From a virus (Duplodnaviria; Caudoviricetes), in IMG/VR virus record IMGVR_UViG_3300025401_000012: a DNA stretch of 64,000 bases; one strand, 5' to 3'. Position 1 is the first letter of the stretch. Each line of letters starts with the position of its first letter. Made by a program: the position numbers and the translations under genes. The notes beneath the pieces are model-generated. The model was not told the origin of the DNA. It searched no databases and saw nothing but the letters and a program-made list of their open reading frames with translations. Positions 47,069-55,998 of this stretch are shown here, in pieces.

Positions 47069-47774
47069 TATTGCATTTATAAGTTATAATGAATCACACG
47101 CTACTGATAGATATATTGAACTATTAAAAGCCTATCCTTATAATAAATTTTATAGAATTCAAAATATTAAAGGAATACATAATGCACATATTGAAGCTGC
47201 TAAAAAGGCAAACTCTAATATGTTTTATGTTGTTGATGCAGATGCAGAAATATTACCTAGTTTTAAATTTAATATTAAGTTAGATCCAAGCGAAGAAGAT
47301 ATTGTACATGTATGGCGTAGCATAAATCCTATCAATGGATTAGAATATGGGTACGGTGGAGTTAAATTATTACCCAAAAATTTAACCATTAATATGAATA
47401 TTTCTAATCCTGATATGACCACTAGTATCAGTCCTCGATTTAAAATTATAAATGAACTTAGTAATATAACTCGATTTAACACTGATCCATTAAGTACGTG
47501 GCGTAGTAGTTTTAGAGAGTGTGTTAAATTATCTAGTAAAATTATCGTCGGTCAGTTAGACGAAGAAACACAGCATAGATTAGATGTGTGGAGATTTAAT
47601 GGGAGTCAGGCGCCCTTTGCAGAATATTCAAGAGGTGGTGCAAGTGCAGGAGAATGGTACGGAACAACATATAAAGATGATCCAGTATCGCTTGCAAAAA
47701 TTAATGATTTTGATTGGCTAGAGGAACAATTTAATGCACACACTGAATTGTTCCCTCCAGAAACTTTTAAATAA
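47061..47774 (+). CDS. GT-A glycosyltransferase-like protein, paralog of the preceding gene
   Basis: IAFISYNE, IKGIHNAH..AA....MFYVVDADA (DxD), YGYGGVKL, WRSSFRECVKL. Confidence 0.65.
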   Translation: MYDIAFISYNESHATDRYIELLKAYPYNKFYRIQNIKGIHNAHIEAAKKANSNMFYVVDADAEILPSFKFNIKLDPSEEDIVHVWRSINPINGLEYGYGGVKLLPKNLTINMNISNPDMTTSISPRFKIINELSNITRFNTDPLSTWRSSFRECVKLSSKIIVGQLDEETQHRLDVWRFNGSQAPFAEYSRGGASAGEWYGTTYKDDPVSLAKINDFDWLEEQFNAHTELFPPETFK

Positions 47775-48447
47775 GATCTGTAGTCATCGGGAAGATTTTA
47801 GCAATAACTTTAGCACAAGCTATTGCAACTTCCTGATGCTCTTTTTGTGTACCATTTGAGCTACGTAATTCAATAAAGTGAATCCAACTACGTAACGTAC
47901 CATTCATATATAACCGACTTTCAATAAGTCCTTCTGGTAATACAGCACGTGCTTGTTCTTTGGCTATTCCTTTACTAATAGCCCATTCGTATGCATCACG
48001 ACTTTGTTTAATAACAAGCTCCTGCATACGCTCCCATTGATACGCTAAAAACCGATCTTCATCATTATTATGAGGATCTAGTTCTATGCTATTTTGTCTA
48101 TTTTTGGTATCTTGCTTGCGAGCATCTCTAAGTACAAAGTTGAGATCCTTTGTTGGGTCAGCATAACGTTGGCTGAACTCTTGAAAACTGAAGCTTCTAT
48201 GTCTAAGGATTTGTCTTGCGATATCTCTTGTAGTAGTAATCTCGATGCAGGCGGACACCATTTCGAGAGGACTCCAGTGTTGGTGCTTAATAAGATATCT
48301 AATGAGCTTTTCTGAGGTTTCTGTATTAAGCTGATTGCTCGGGTTACTGACTCTTGCACAGTAGGCAATGAGTTCTTGTGCATCCGAGATTCCCATGCTA
48401 GCAAATTCTTCAGTTGGCTGGCTGTAACTAAGCAATTTAACATTCAT
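47767..48447 (-). CDS. thyX: Flavin-dependent thymidylate synthase
   Basis: ThyX signature RHRSFSFQEFSQRY, HWSPLE, EQARAVLP, LRSW.HF..LR. Confidence 0.95.
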   Translation of the reverse strand: MNVKLLSYSQPTEEFASMGISDAQELIAYCARVSNPSNQLNTETSEKLIRYLIKHQHWSPLEMVSACIEITTTRDIARQILRHRSFSFQEFSQRYADPTKDLNFVLRDARKQDTKNRQNSIELDPHNNDEDRFLAYQWERMQELVIKQSRDAYEWAISKGIAKEQARAVLPEGLIESRLYMNGTLRSWIHFIELRSSNGTQKEHQEVAIACAKVIAKIFPMTTDLI

Positions 48448-48768
48448 TTATAACTTCTTTTTCTTTAAAAATTGTTGAGTAGTTCTTTCGATATCTTTTC
48501 GTACTCGAGCCGAATCCAATTTAAAATCTACGTTATCGATCGAATCTTCATAGTTCTTACATAACTCGCTGAGGCTACTTTCAAACACCGGCCAACCTTC
48601 TCGTTTTGCCTTTGCTGTTACTTTTATTTCCCAAGTTTTGCCGTCTTTAAAATTAATCAAAACTGTACTAAGATACTTAATGGGTAAAACATTAAGTTGA
48701 ACATCTTCGAATACTTCTGGCCAATGTGCTACGACATCTTTGGGAAGGATCTTCCCAGATTTTGTCAC
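48448..48768 (-). CDS. Hypothetical protein
   Basis: Tightly packed ORF in the - strand operon. Confidence 0.75.
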   Translation of the reverse strand: MTKSGKILPKDVVAHWPEVFEDVQLNVLPIKYLSTVLINFKDGKTWEIKVTAKAKREGWPVFESSLSELCKNYEDSIDNVDFKLDSARVRKDIERTTQQFLKKKKL

Positions 48769-49364
48769 TGCACTTTCTTCTTGGTCGGAACCAATTCCTC
48801 TGCTTTTCGACGCATCTCAGCTGCTTGTTTAGCTAGTTTATCTGCTTGACTACGATACTCTTTAGCTTGGGCTTCAGGAGTTAATGCTACTGATGAAATT
48901 GGTGCAGGTATTTCGGCAACTTTTTCTTCTGTAACTGTTGCTGTTGCTTTTTCGGTATTAGTTTCTCCAGTAGTCGGTTTAATAGATAATTCGTCTACAG
49001 CAACACCGCGTTGTTCAGCAATAATTTGATTTAATTCAGATAATTGAATACTTACACCGGCTCTCGGAGTCATTTCAATTGCGCTTGTTGGTGCTTTAAT
49101 TAATCTGTTATTGACATGCAACCAAGGCAACATGCGTGAACCGTCTGGAAATTGAGTGCGATCTAATACTTCGGCAAACTCATACGAGTCCTGACCAGCA
49201 CCACTTTCTACTAAATTAATAATAGCATCGTGATAGATATCAGGCATATTCTCGGTTGGAACAATTAAGCAATTATATGCATCACCGGGTAATGTACGAT
49301 ATGCCACTATACATTTTTTGTTAGTGGCAATGACACGCCCTACGTGTTTAAGTTCTTGAGCCAT
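48765..49364 (-). CDS. Conserved-type phage hypothetical protein
   Basis: LKHVGR...V.YR.LPGD...CL.V N-terminus with a charged coiled-coil tail; coupled to its neighbours. Confidence 0.75.
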   Translation of the reverse strand: MAQELKHVGRVIATNKKCIVAYRTLPGDAYNCLIVPTENMPDIYHDAIINLVESGAGQDSYEFAEVLDRTQFPDGSRMLPWLHVNNRLIKAPTSAIEMTPRAGVSIQLSELNQIIAEQRGVAVDELSIKPTTGETNTEKATATVTEEKVAEIPAPISSVALTPEAQAKEYRSQADKLAKQAAEMRRKAEELVPTKKKVQ

Positions 49365-49365
49365 A

Positions 49366-49641
49366 TTAAGCTCCTGCTACAGCTGATGAAAGAGCGTCAG
49401 TTGCTGGTTGTTGTGTTGCAGGTTGAGCAGCATTTGCCTTCTCTGCTGCTGCTTGTTGTGCTGATACAGCATCTAAAAATGTTGTTAATTTTGTATATGT
49501 TTGACCTACAGCTACCATTTCATTTGGTTTAAATGCACCACGTGAACTAGCAATATCAATAATGACTTTCATTGCATTTAGGTCATTAATTGTAAGGTCG
49601 TTTGACGGAGCACCGTCGTTTGTATTTTGTACGTCAGCCAT
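49366..49641 (-). CDS. Small phage protein (LTINDL...IIDIAS.RGAFK..E type)
   Basis: Motif resembles small proteins of T4-like phages; AGGAG SD. Confidence 0.75.
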   Translation of the reverse strand: MADVQNTNDGAPSNDLTINDLNAMKVIIDIASSRGAFKPNEMVAVGQTYTKLTTFLDAVSAQQAAAEKANAAQPATQQPATDALSSAVAGA

Positions 49642-49669
49642 AATATCTCCTTATTGAGTACGTAATTAG

Positions 49670-49957
49670 TTATCTCGTCTGTAAAAGAGGACAGGCAATT
49701 GTGAAAAAACTTAATTCTTTTTCGCTTTCAAAGCCAATACGTGTATTATAAACAATTGTATTGGTATTATCTAGCGTAATTCCTTGTCCTACATAATACC
49801 TATTATTTAAATTCTTTTTGATCCAAGAGTCTATAGATTTGACTAAACTAGGATTGTATCTATCTATACTAGTATATTTGAAATGTGGACAGGCAAACTC
49901 AACCCTTCTTAAATCATAATAATTTAAAGGATTAGGTTTGCCATTTTTTAATGCCAT
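49670..49957 (-). CDS. Hypothetical protein
   Basis: Start overlaps the stop of the VWA gene (TAATG coupling). Confidence 0.7.
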   Translation of the reverse strand: MALKNGKPNPLNYYDLRRVEFACPHFKYTSIDRYNPSLVKSIDSWIKKNLNNRYYVGQGITLDNTNTIVYNTRIGFESEKELSFFTIACPLLQTR

Positions 49958-51180
49958 TATGCTGTTTCCTTAGCAAACTGATAATACGCATATTCTCCAA
50001 AAGGAGGAACAATGGTATCATTACCGTGAATAATGAATACTGTATCGCAGTAATTTTCATCACCCCAACTACCCCAAGGATACCCATCAGTGAACATGAT
50101 AAACTTTTTAGGTTGAATATCATTTTCTTTCATGTAATTCCAGTTGGCATCGAACTCAGTTCCACCACCGCCCATTGGCTCGTAGTAATCAAATTCGTCG
50201 ATATTATATCCGTCAAAGTCTGCTTCGTTATAAACTCGAGTATCAAAACACCATACTTTAATTTTAAAGTCTTTATACTCTTGCATAATACCTTTAATTT
50301 CTGTTAAGAAATCTTTTGCCTGTTCGTCGCCGATCGAACCTGACATATCGATTGCTACACAGATATCAATTGTTTCTTGAAATTGTGTTCCGGGTAGCAC
50401 CGCACTCATGTGCCAACCTTTACGATTAGGACGCATAAACGAATAATCGTTTTTAATAGTGCTTTGAATTTGTTGACGCAGGATTTCACGCCAATTCATT
50501 TTAGGTTCTGTCAATTCCTTAATCATACGCTGTACACTTGCAGGTGTGTTACCAGCACCTGCGGCTTGTGCAGCCTGCATTGTAGCTTCGCGGATCTCAT
50601 CACGAATTTCTTTTAATTGATCTTTAGTATATTTTGGCTGGCCTTCTTTACCGTTTTCACCCCAGTCAATATGTTCATCCAATAATTGACCTAATTGGTT
50701 AAGTTCTTCCTCATCCATTTCGTCAAAGATTTTGTCGTATACTTCTTCTGCACCCATGCCATAGTATTTAGGATCATGGAAAATTTTAATATCACCTACG
50801 TTGTGATCGCCAATACGATCACGAACTAATTGTCCGTTTACACAGTAGTCGGCAGCAATATTAAAAATACGTGCATTGCGATTTTCGCGACGAGCCATGT
50901 GATCAAACACATTATGTAGAATTTCATGTGCAATCACGAATTCGACTTGTTTAACTGTCAACGGTTCAAAAAATTTACGATTAAAAAAGATTGTACGACC
51001 ATCGGTTGCTGCAGTAGGCAACCAATCGTCTGCTTCTTGAATTTTTAAACGTGTTGCCATATTGCCAAAAAACGGATGTTTAAGCAATAAGCTAACTCGA
51101 GCTATAATAATTTTATCAACGATTGGGTCTAAACTAGACATCTTTGCTCCTAAGTTTTTACTATGTATATAGTATAACAC
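49957..51180 (-). CDS. Metallopeptidase-like/VWA protein (DUF2201 type)
   Basis: TAATDG, HEILH (HExxH), N.A.D, C-terminal MIDAS DMSGS, GGGT.F, FTDG. True start is probably the ATG at ~51141. Confidence 0.85.
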   Translation of the reverse strand: MLYYIHSKNLGAKMSSLDPIVDKIIIARVSLLLKHPFFGNMATRLKIQEADDWLPTAATDGRTIFFNRKFFEPLTVKQVEFVIAHEILHNVFDHMARRENRNARIFNIAADYCVNGQLVRDRIGDHNVGDIKIFHDPKYYGMGAEEVYDKIFDEMDEEELNQLGQLLDEHIDWGENGKEGQPKYTKDQLKEIRDEIREATMQAAQAAGAGNTPASVQRMIKELTEPKMNWREILRQQIQSTIKNDYSFMRPNRKGWHMSAVLPGTQFQETIDICVAIDMSGSIGDEQAKDFLTEIKGIMQEYKDFKIKVWCFDTRVYNEADFDGYNIDEFDYYEPMGGGGTEFDANWNYMKENDIQPKKFIMFTDGYPWGSWGDENYCDTVFIIHGNDTIVPPFGEYAYYQFAKETA

Positions 51181-51199
51181 CTCCCTAAGGAGGTGTCAA
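51171..51199 (-). promoter_or_regulatory. Sigma70 promoter whose spacer forms a hairpin
   Basis: TTGACA (51194-51199), 17 bp, TATACT (51171-51176). ACACCTCC-TTAG-GGAGGTGT inverted repeat spans the spacer. Confidence 0.75.
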
Positions 51200-51215
51200 C
51201 TGATGCTAAACCAAT

Positions 51216-52304
51216 TTACTTTTCGGTTGCTTGACTAATGTACTTACCAAACTTGGAGTGGAATTCGTCAAAACATTTGATTTCATCTGGATCTAATGGC
51301 AACTTGTAAGTTGACAATGCTAATTTAGTACCCATAATAACCAATTCTGTTTCAAAGTTATTCATAATAAACTCAAAGAAACAGTTAACTTGTTCGTTCC
51401 AGTTTTTAGCTTTCTTGTCACATGCATCTTTCAATTCGTAACACAGTGACACAGTTAATGAGTACATAGCACTAATTTCTTTAGAATCCATTTTCTTAAC
51501 TTTGCCATTCAAAATATCTGTAGGATTAGGCATTTTGCTAGCATGTTTACGGTGAGCCATAAAGCTAATTGCCAAACCTTCTCCTACAGAACCACTCACT
51601 AAGTCAGTAAGTGTTTCAGCATCGGTATCGTCATCGTGCAACAACTCGGAAACAAACGACCAAGAGCGTGGAGTGGCAAACGCACGTGAGCTAGATTTTG
51701 GATCAAAATCATACAGACTCTTTTTACTGAAGCTCAAAAATCCAACTACGTCTTTATGGATCTTATTTTCAACAGCCCATTCAAAATAGTCATCCCAATT
51801 AACTTGCATTTCTAAGTGTACAAAACGGTTGGCCAAAGGAGCAGGCATACGGAATGTAACACCTTTATCTGTTTCACGATTGCCAGCAGCAACTAGCACA
51901 ACATTATCTGGCAATTTATAAGTACCTACACGACGATTCAAAATCAATTGATAAGCAGCAGCTTGTACGCTAGGAGCCGCAGAGTTCATTTCGTCTAAAA
52001 ACAACACAATAGTTTTATGTTGTTTAGCCAATTCAGCACTAGGCAATTCGCTAGGAGGAGCCCAACGCATTGTTCCATCGTTAGAATCAAAATATGGAAT
52101 GCCTTTAATGTCAGTGGGTTCCCACAAGCTCAAACGAACATCGATTACATGAGCATCAAGCTCATCACCGAGTTGTTTAATGATATCCGATTTACCAATT
52201 CCTGGAGGACCCCATAGAAAAATTGGACGTTGATTTTTAAATGCTTTACGCAAGGATTTTTTAGCGCCGCTTGGACCAACGGTGCGACTGACGATTTCTG
52301 CCAT
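51216..52304 (-). CDS. MoxR-family AAA+ ATPase
   Basis: Walker A GPPGIGKS, Walker B LFLDE, AAGNR sensor, PLANRF, TPRSW. Confidence 0.9.
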   Translation of the reverse strand: MAEIVSRTVGPSGAKKSLRKAFKNQRPIFLWGPPGIGKSDIIKQLGDELDAHVIDVRLSLWEPTDIKGIPYFDSNDGTMRWAPPSELPSAELAKQHKTIVLFLDEMNSAAPSVQAAAYQLILNRRVGTYKLPDNVVLVAAGNRETDKGVTFRMPAPLANRFVHLEMQVNWDDYFEWAVENKIHKDVVGFLSFSKKSLYDFDPKSSSRAFATPRSWSFVSELLHDDDTDAETLTDLVSGSVGEGLAISFMAHRKHASKMPNPTDILNGKVKKMDSKEISAMYSLTVSLCYELKDACDKKAKNWNEQVNCFFEFIMNNFETELVIMGTKLALSTYKLPLDPDEIKCFDEFHSKFGKYISQATEK

Positions 52305-52359
52305 TTTGCTTCCTATCTTAGTTAAAAAAGTGTTGTTGAATAACGCTGTCTATGTGTAT

Positions 52360-52388
52360 ATTATAATGTCATAGACATTCTTAGTCAA
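52360..52388 (-). promoter_or_regulatory. Sigma70 promoter of the AAA+ gene
   Basis: TTGACT (52383-52388), 17 bp, TATAAT (52360-52365). Short inverted repeat AATGTC-TAT-GACATT in the spacer. Confidence 0.8.
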
Positions 52389-52403
52389 CTGTTTTTTAAT
52401 ATT

Positions 52404-52805
52404 TTAGGATGTTTTGGCTAAATCTTTTTCACGTTCATTCATAGCTTTTATCAAACCAAACTTACGTATATCGTCACTAAACAACATTAGCTCAAAACTC
52501 TTGCGTTCAGAAAATAATGTAATACTATGATTGGTTAAGTAATATGGGCTATCCACATATCTTTCCAAAAAGATAATAGTTTGCGGACTTAATTCAATTG
52601 GTTCGGTAAATGGAACTTCATATTCTTTTAATTCCAATTCTTTAACCAAAAATTCATAACCTTCTTCGGTTAATCTAAATGCACTATCTTTACCTACTCT
52701 TGTACTTTTCCACCATTTACGTGAAAATAGTTGTACATTTGCATCGTCTATACTTTTCCCCCATTGCTCTAAAAATATTTTAGTCAATGTGTTACGACTT
52801 GTCAT
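52404..52805 (-). CDS. Hypothetical protein
   Basis: 133-aa ORF, 4-nt overlap with the upstream gene. Confidence 0.75.
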   Translation of the reverse strand: MTSRNTLTKIFLEQWGKSIDDANVQLFSRKWWKSTRVGKDSAFRLTEEGYEFLVKELELKEYEVPFTEPIELSPQTIIFLERYVDSPYYLTNHSITLFSERKSFELMLFSDDIRKFGLIKAMNEREKDLAKTS

Positions 52806-53086
52806 TTCACAATAGTACCTTGTGTTAACTTGATTACTTGAAAATCTTCACAACCAAATGTAAGATTTAATTTTTTAGCTAAATTATGTGCATGTCCGGG
52901 ATTACTAAAAGATACTTTTTTATACTTCGGTCCAGGGTAAGACGTAAGGCTGTTAAAACTCTTTAAGTTGAAAGGCTCGTTTTTATAGAATACGGCCCAA
53001 ATGGCTTCTGATTCGAGAATTTGTTCAGCTTTGTAATTTTTCTTGTTTATGTATTCAAGTAATATCTTTGGCTTTGGTCTGCTCAT
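52802..53086 (-). CDS. Conserved-type phage hypothetical protein (MSRPKP...)
   Basis: Clean ORF behind a GATAAATA box and an AGGA SD. Confidence 0.75.
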   Translation of the reverse strand: MSRPKPKILLEYINKKNYKAEQILESEAIWAVFYKNEPFNLKSFNSLTSYPGPKYKKVSFSNPGHAHNLAKKLNLTFGCEDFQVIKLTQGTIVK

Positions 53087-53124
53087 ATACGTATCCTAAT
53101 AATATACGTATATATTTATCCAAT

Positions 53125-53367
53125 TTAGCTTTTAAAATCACCACCGTCTAACATAACACTAACTACTTCGTTATCTGTACTAGTTTTAAGACTATTATAC
53201 AAATTTTCATAATCTTGTACTAACTTGTCTTGAATTTCGTTTAATGCTAGACTAAGTAGTCGTGCTTGTTGTATTGGTATCTTAACTTCTTTACTTTGGC
53301 TTAATTCAGCAGCACGTAGCTGCTGAATAAATTGAGTAATAGGTGATAAATTAATCTGATTTGACAT
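53125..53367 (-). CDS. Hypothetical protein
   Basis: 80-aa helical ORF overlapping the upstream gene. Confidence 0.7.
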   Translation of the reverse strand: MSNQINLSPITQFIQQLRAAELSQSKEVKIPIQQARLLSLALNEIQDKLVQDYENLYNSLKTSTDNEVVSVMLDGGDFKS

Positions 53368-53830
53368 TACTTAGTACCTGTTTCATTTCAAATTCTGTTT
53401 TAAACGGACCTTTGTAAGGATTGCGTTCTAGTGTAATTAGTTTAGGACACCAACTTTTAACCCAACCTTTGTTAAATTGAATTGTATAATATCCTGCACA
53501 ATACAAACTTTTACTTTGCAGACTTTTAGTAAACAATGGTAATTTATTTCTTACATCGTACATAGTATTATACGGTGTAACACTAGTAGGAAACCCGTGA
53601 CATTCATTGGGCTCTGCTTGTGTAATTTTAACTTTTGGACTAGTTAGGAAAAATCTTTCTCCAAACTGTTTAGTTAAGTCTTGTTTTTTGTTAAACATAA
53701 CTTCGCCGTTAGTGCTACTTAAGACGAATTTATTATTTTCTTTTTTGTGTAGTGTTGCAATCTTAGTACCGTCCTGTTCTACGATCCAAAACTTACCATC
53801 CACTATAGGCTTGGCGTGTATTTCTGTCAT
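53351..53830 (-). CDS. Conserved-type phage hypothetical protein
   Basis: AKP....KFWIVE..G.K.ATL, LPLFTKS..SKS.YCAGYY.I.F..GW..S.CPKLITL.R..Y.GPFKT; AAGGAG SD. Confidence 0.8.
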   Translation of the reverse strand: MTEIHAKPIVDGKFWIVEQDGTKIATLHKKENNKFVLSSTNGEVMFNKKQDLTKQFGERFFLTSPKVKITQAEPNECHGFPTSVTPYNTMYDVRNKLPLFTKSLQSKSLYCAGYYTIQFNKGWVKSWCPKLITLERNPYKGPFKTEFEMKQVLSNVKSD

Positions 53831-53891
53831 TTTGTTCTCCTTAGTATTACAAAGGCCCTGACGGCACCCGAGTAATATACGTATTTATCTC

Positions 53892-54395
53892 TCATTCTTC
53901 TTTGAAATCTACAACATTGCCGTCAGCATCTGCGCAGATAATACGGACAGTATCGCCGCCTTCGTTTTTAATTTCAATAGGACCCCAGATCCACCATTCC
54001 GTATCGCCTTGACTCCACGGATCGTCTTCACGTTCTTCCAATTCATATGGGCTGTTATCATCAAGAAATTCTTGAATTTCTTCTTCCTCTTCTTCAGACA
54101 GCCCTTCAAATTCTACATTGTACCAGCATCCGCCGTCGAACATTTCGACAAGATCAACGCTTTCAATATTGTTGACTTCGCAGTCTAGCATATTAATACT
54201 GTCTCGTTTACCATCCCCGCCAGGTACTTCTACAAATTCAAATTCGGGAGGATTATCGTCTGTAGTTTCTACGGTCCATTCGCCATAACGGAAACCGTTA
54301 GTGACAGTAACTTTTCCATCACCGTTACGCTGATGGTATGTTTCGACTTCTTGACAAGATTTTTTATAATATGTGCTAACGGTCCACTGTGTCAT
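53892..54395 (-). CDS. Acidic hypothetical protein
   Basis: Probable ATG at 54395 directly after the rnh stop. Confidence 0.75.
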   Translation of the reverse strand: MTQWTVSTYYKKSCQEVETYHQRNGDGKVTVTNGFRYGEWTVETTDDNPPEFEFVEVPGGDGKRDSINMLDCEVNNIESVDLVEMFDGGCWYNVEFEGLSEEEEEEIQEFLDDNSPYELEEREDDPWSQGDTEWWIWGPIEIKNEGGDTVRIICADADGNVVDFKEE

Positions 54396-54396
54396 T

Positions 54397-55383
54397 TTAT
54401 TCTTCCTTATATTTTGCTTGAAAAGGCTCTGCGTATTGCTGAATATTTTCAGCAATTTTCTTCATATCCCATGCGTTACAGAATTTAAGCATACGGATAC
54501 CAACTTGGCTAACATCTTTAGGTTTAGCATTAGCTTCGATTGTTTCTTTAATTTTAACCTTAATATCTTCGGGTTGCGCTGTTAAGTCGCATAATTGCAC
54601 GTTACGCTGATAGTCTTCTAAAACTCTGTGTTCGACTCCATTATGGTCAACCCATCTCTGAAGCATGAGATTGTTCCACGCAAATCCTTTGGCTTTACGA
54701 TCTTCGAACGCTTCTGTAAGACCAACTTTGTTTTTAGAACCTTTAGTACGCACACCCGGATACGCCGAGAAGACATTATCACTGGTATCACCACGCATGC
54801 ATTTTTCGAATAGCATCCATTCTGGGTCTTGCGCTGGCTTTGGCTCGCCTGTCTTTTTGTCTTTAACTGGTTTACCTTTTGCATCAAAGATACCTTCGTG
54901 TGTAATATGCAAGTCTCCTACACCGTTATATTGACTTACATTCGGACTGACTAATTGTGCAAAATCTCCGTCTGTTGAGATAATAACATGTTTTGCAGAC
55001 GGATGAGCTTGTATCCAACCTGCAATCAAATCATCAGCTTCTAAATTAGGATGTTGCATTACAGTAGCATTGGTCTTTTCTGTAATAAAATTCTTAAATT
55101 CGTCAAATGCTTCCCAGAACAATTTATCTTCATCTTGTTCTTTTTGTGTCATAGCCGCACGAGTTTCTTGTCTATTAGCTTTGTAAGGCTTGTAATAGTC
55201 CTTACGCCAGCTTCGACCTTCGAGACAGAATACTACATGACCGCCACCGAAATCTTGCCAAGCCTTTTTAATACTGTTAAGCGTGATATGAAACGCCATA
55301 CCAAGTTTAATATCGGCAGAGCCTTGCACTACATGCCGAGCACGAAAAAATGTATTAGCGGTATCAACAATTATATATGTCAT
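54397..55383 (-). CDS. rnh: T4-type RNase H / 5'-3' exonuclease (FEN-1 family)
   Basis: IIVD..N.FFR, SWRK.YY..YKANR, EADD, STDGDF.QL, GD.SDN. Confidence 0.92.
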   Translation of the reverse strand: MTYIIVDTANTFFRARHVVQGSADIKLGMAFHITLNSIKKAWQDFGGGHVVFCLEGRSWRKDYYKPYKANRQETRAAMTQKEQDEDKLFWEAFDEFKNFITEKTNATVMQHPNLEADDLIAGWIQAHPSAKHVIISTDGDFAQLVSPNVSQYNGVGDLHITHEGIFDAKGKPVKDKKTGEPKPAQDPEWMLFEKCMRGDTSDNVFSAYPGVRTKGSKNKVGLTEAFEDRKAKGFAWNNLMLQRWVDHNGVEHRVLEDYQRNVQLCDLTAQPEDIKVKIKETIEANAKPKDVSQVGIRMLKFCNAWDMKKIAENIQQYAEPFQAKYKEE

Positions 55384-55814
55384 TCTACGACGGATTTACC
55401 GTTTCCTAGTTTACTCACATTAATAAAACCAGCACTAGATCTACCTGGATCTTGTCCTGCCTCGGCTAGCATATTTGATGCCAAATCTCTAAACCAGCGA
55501 TCTACAATCTCTTCATCAGGATCGCCATCAAATCCATATCCAGCTTGCTTCAATTGTACTATAAATTCCGCATTCCAGTCAAGTTCAAAAAAGCCATTTC
55601 GTATATTATCTTTGTTTACATGTGTATCCAAAACAGCTACATACGGCTCTCCTCTGGCTGTAGCACGAGATTTTGGATCCATTTTTGCTTCTTGTTCGGC
55701 AACTTGAGCTTCGGCAGTTGCAGCAACTGCTTTAGCTTCCATTTCTTTAAGAGTTTTTAAATTTTCTTCCAGTTGATCGATGCCGAACCATTTTTTAATT
55801 AAATTTTTAATCAT
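55380..55814 (-). CDS. Hypothetical protein
   Basis: 144-aa ORF coupled to rnh. Confidence 0.75.
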   Translation of the reverse strand: MIKNLIKKWFGIDQLEENLKTLKEMEAKAVAATAEAQVAEQEAKMDPKSRATARGEPYVAVLDTHVNKDNIRNGFFELDWNAEFIVQLKQAGYGFDGDPDEEIVDRWFRDLASNMLAEAGQDPGRSSAGFINVSKLGNGKSVVE

Positions 55815-55998
55815 TTTTCTTTTCCATACAATTACAATCTCTGCCTTGTCTACAATTGCCAGTACAAGAACTATTAATATTTTTAGTCCATCTTAATAAT
55901 AAACAAATTATTATTACCCAACCAATTATAAAACAAAACATAAAGAACATATTAAGTACCCCACTCATTTTTAAATAATGGCACTTGTAGTCTATCAC
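55807..55998 (-). CDS. Small membrane protein with C-terminal CxxxCxxGxxC
   Basis: One hydrophobic helix followed by CTGNCRQGRDCNC; true start is probably near 55948. Confidence 0.5.
   Translation of the reverse strand: MIDYKCHYLKMSGVLNMFFMFCFIIGWVIIICLLLRWTKNINSSCTGNCRQGRDCNCMEKKND

Noticed and set aside
47767-48447. thyX as evidence of a thymidine hypermodification pathway
   Set aside because: It is a canonical ThyX with no neighbouring dCMP/dUMP hydroxymethylase, kinase or aGPT-like genes; ordinary nucleotide supply explains it.
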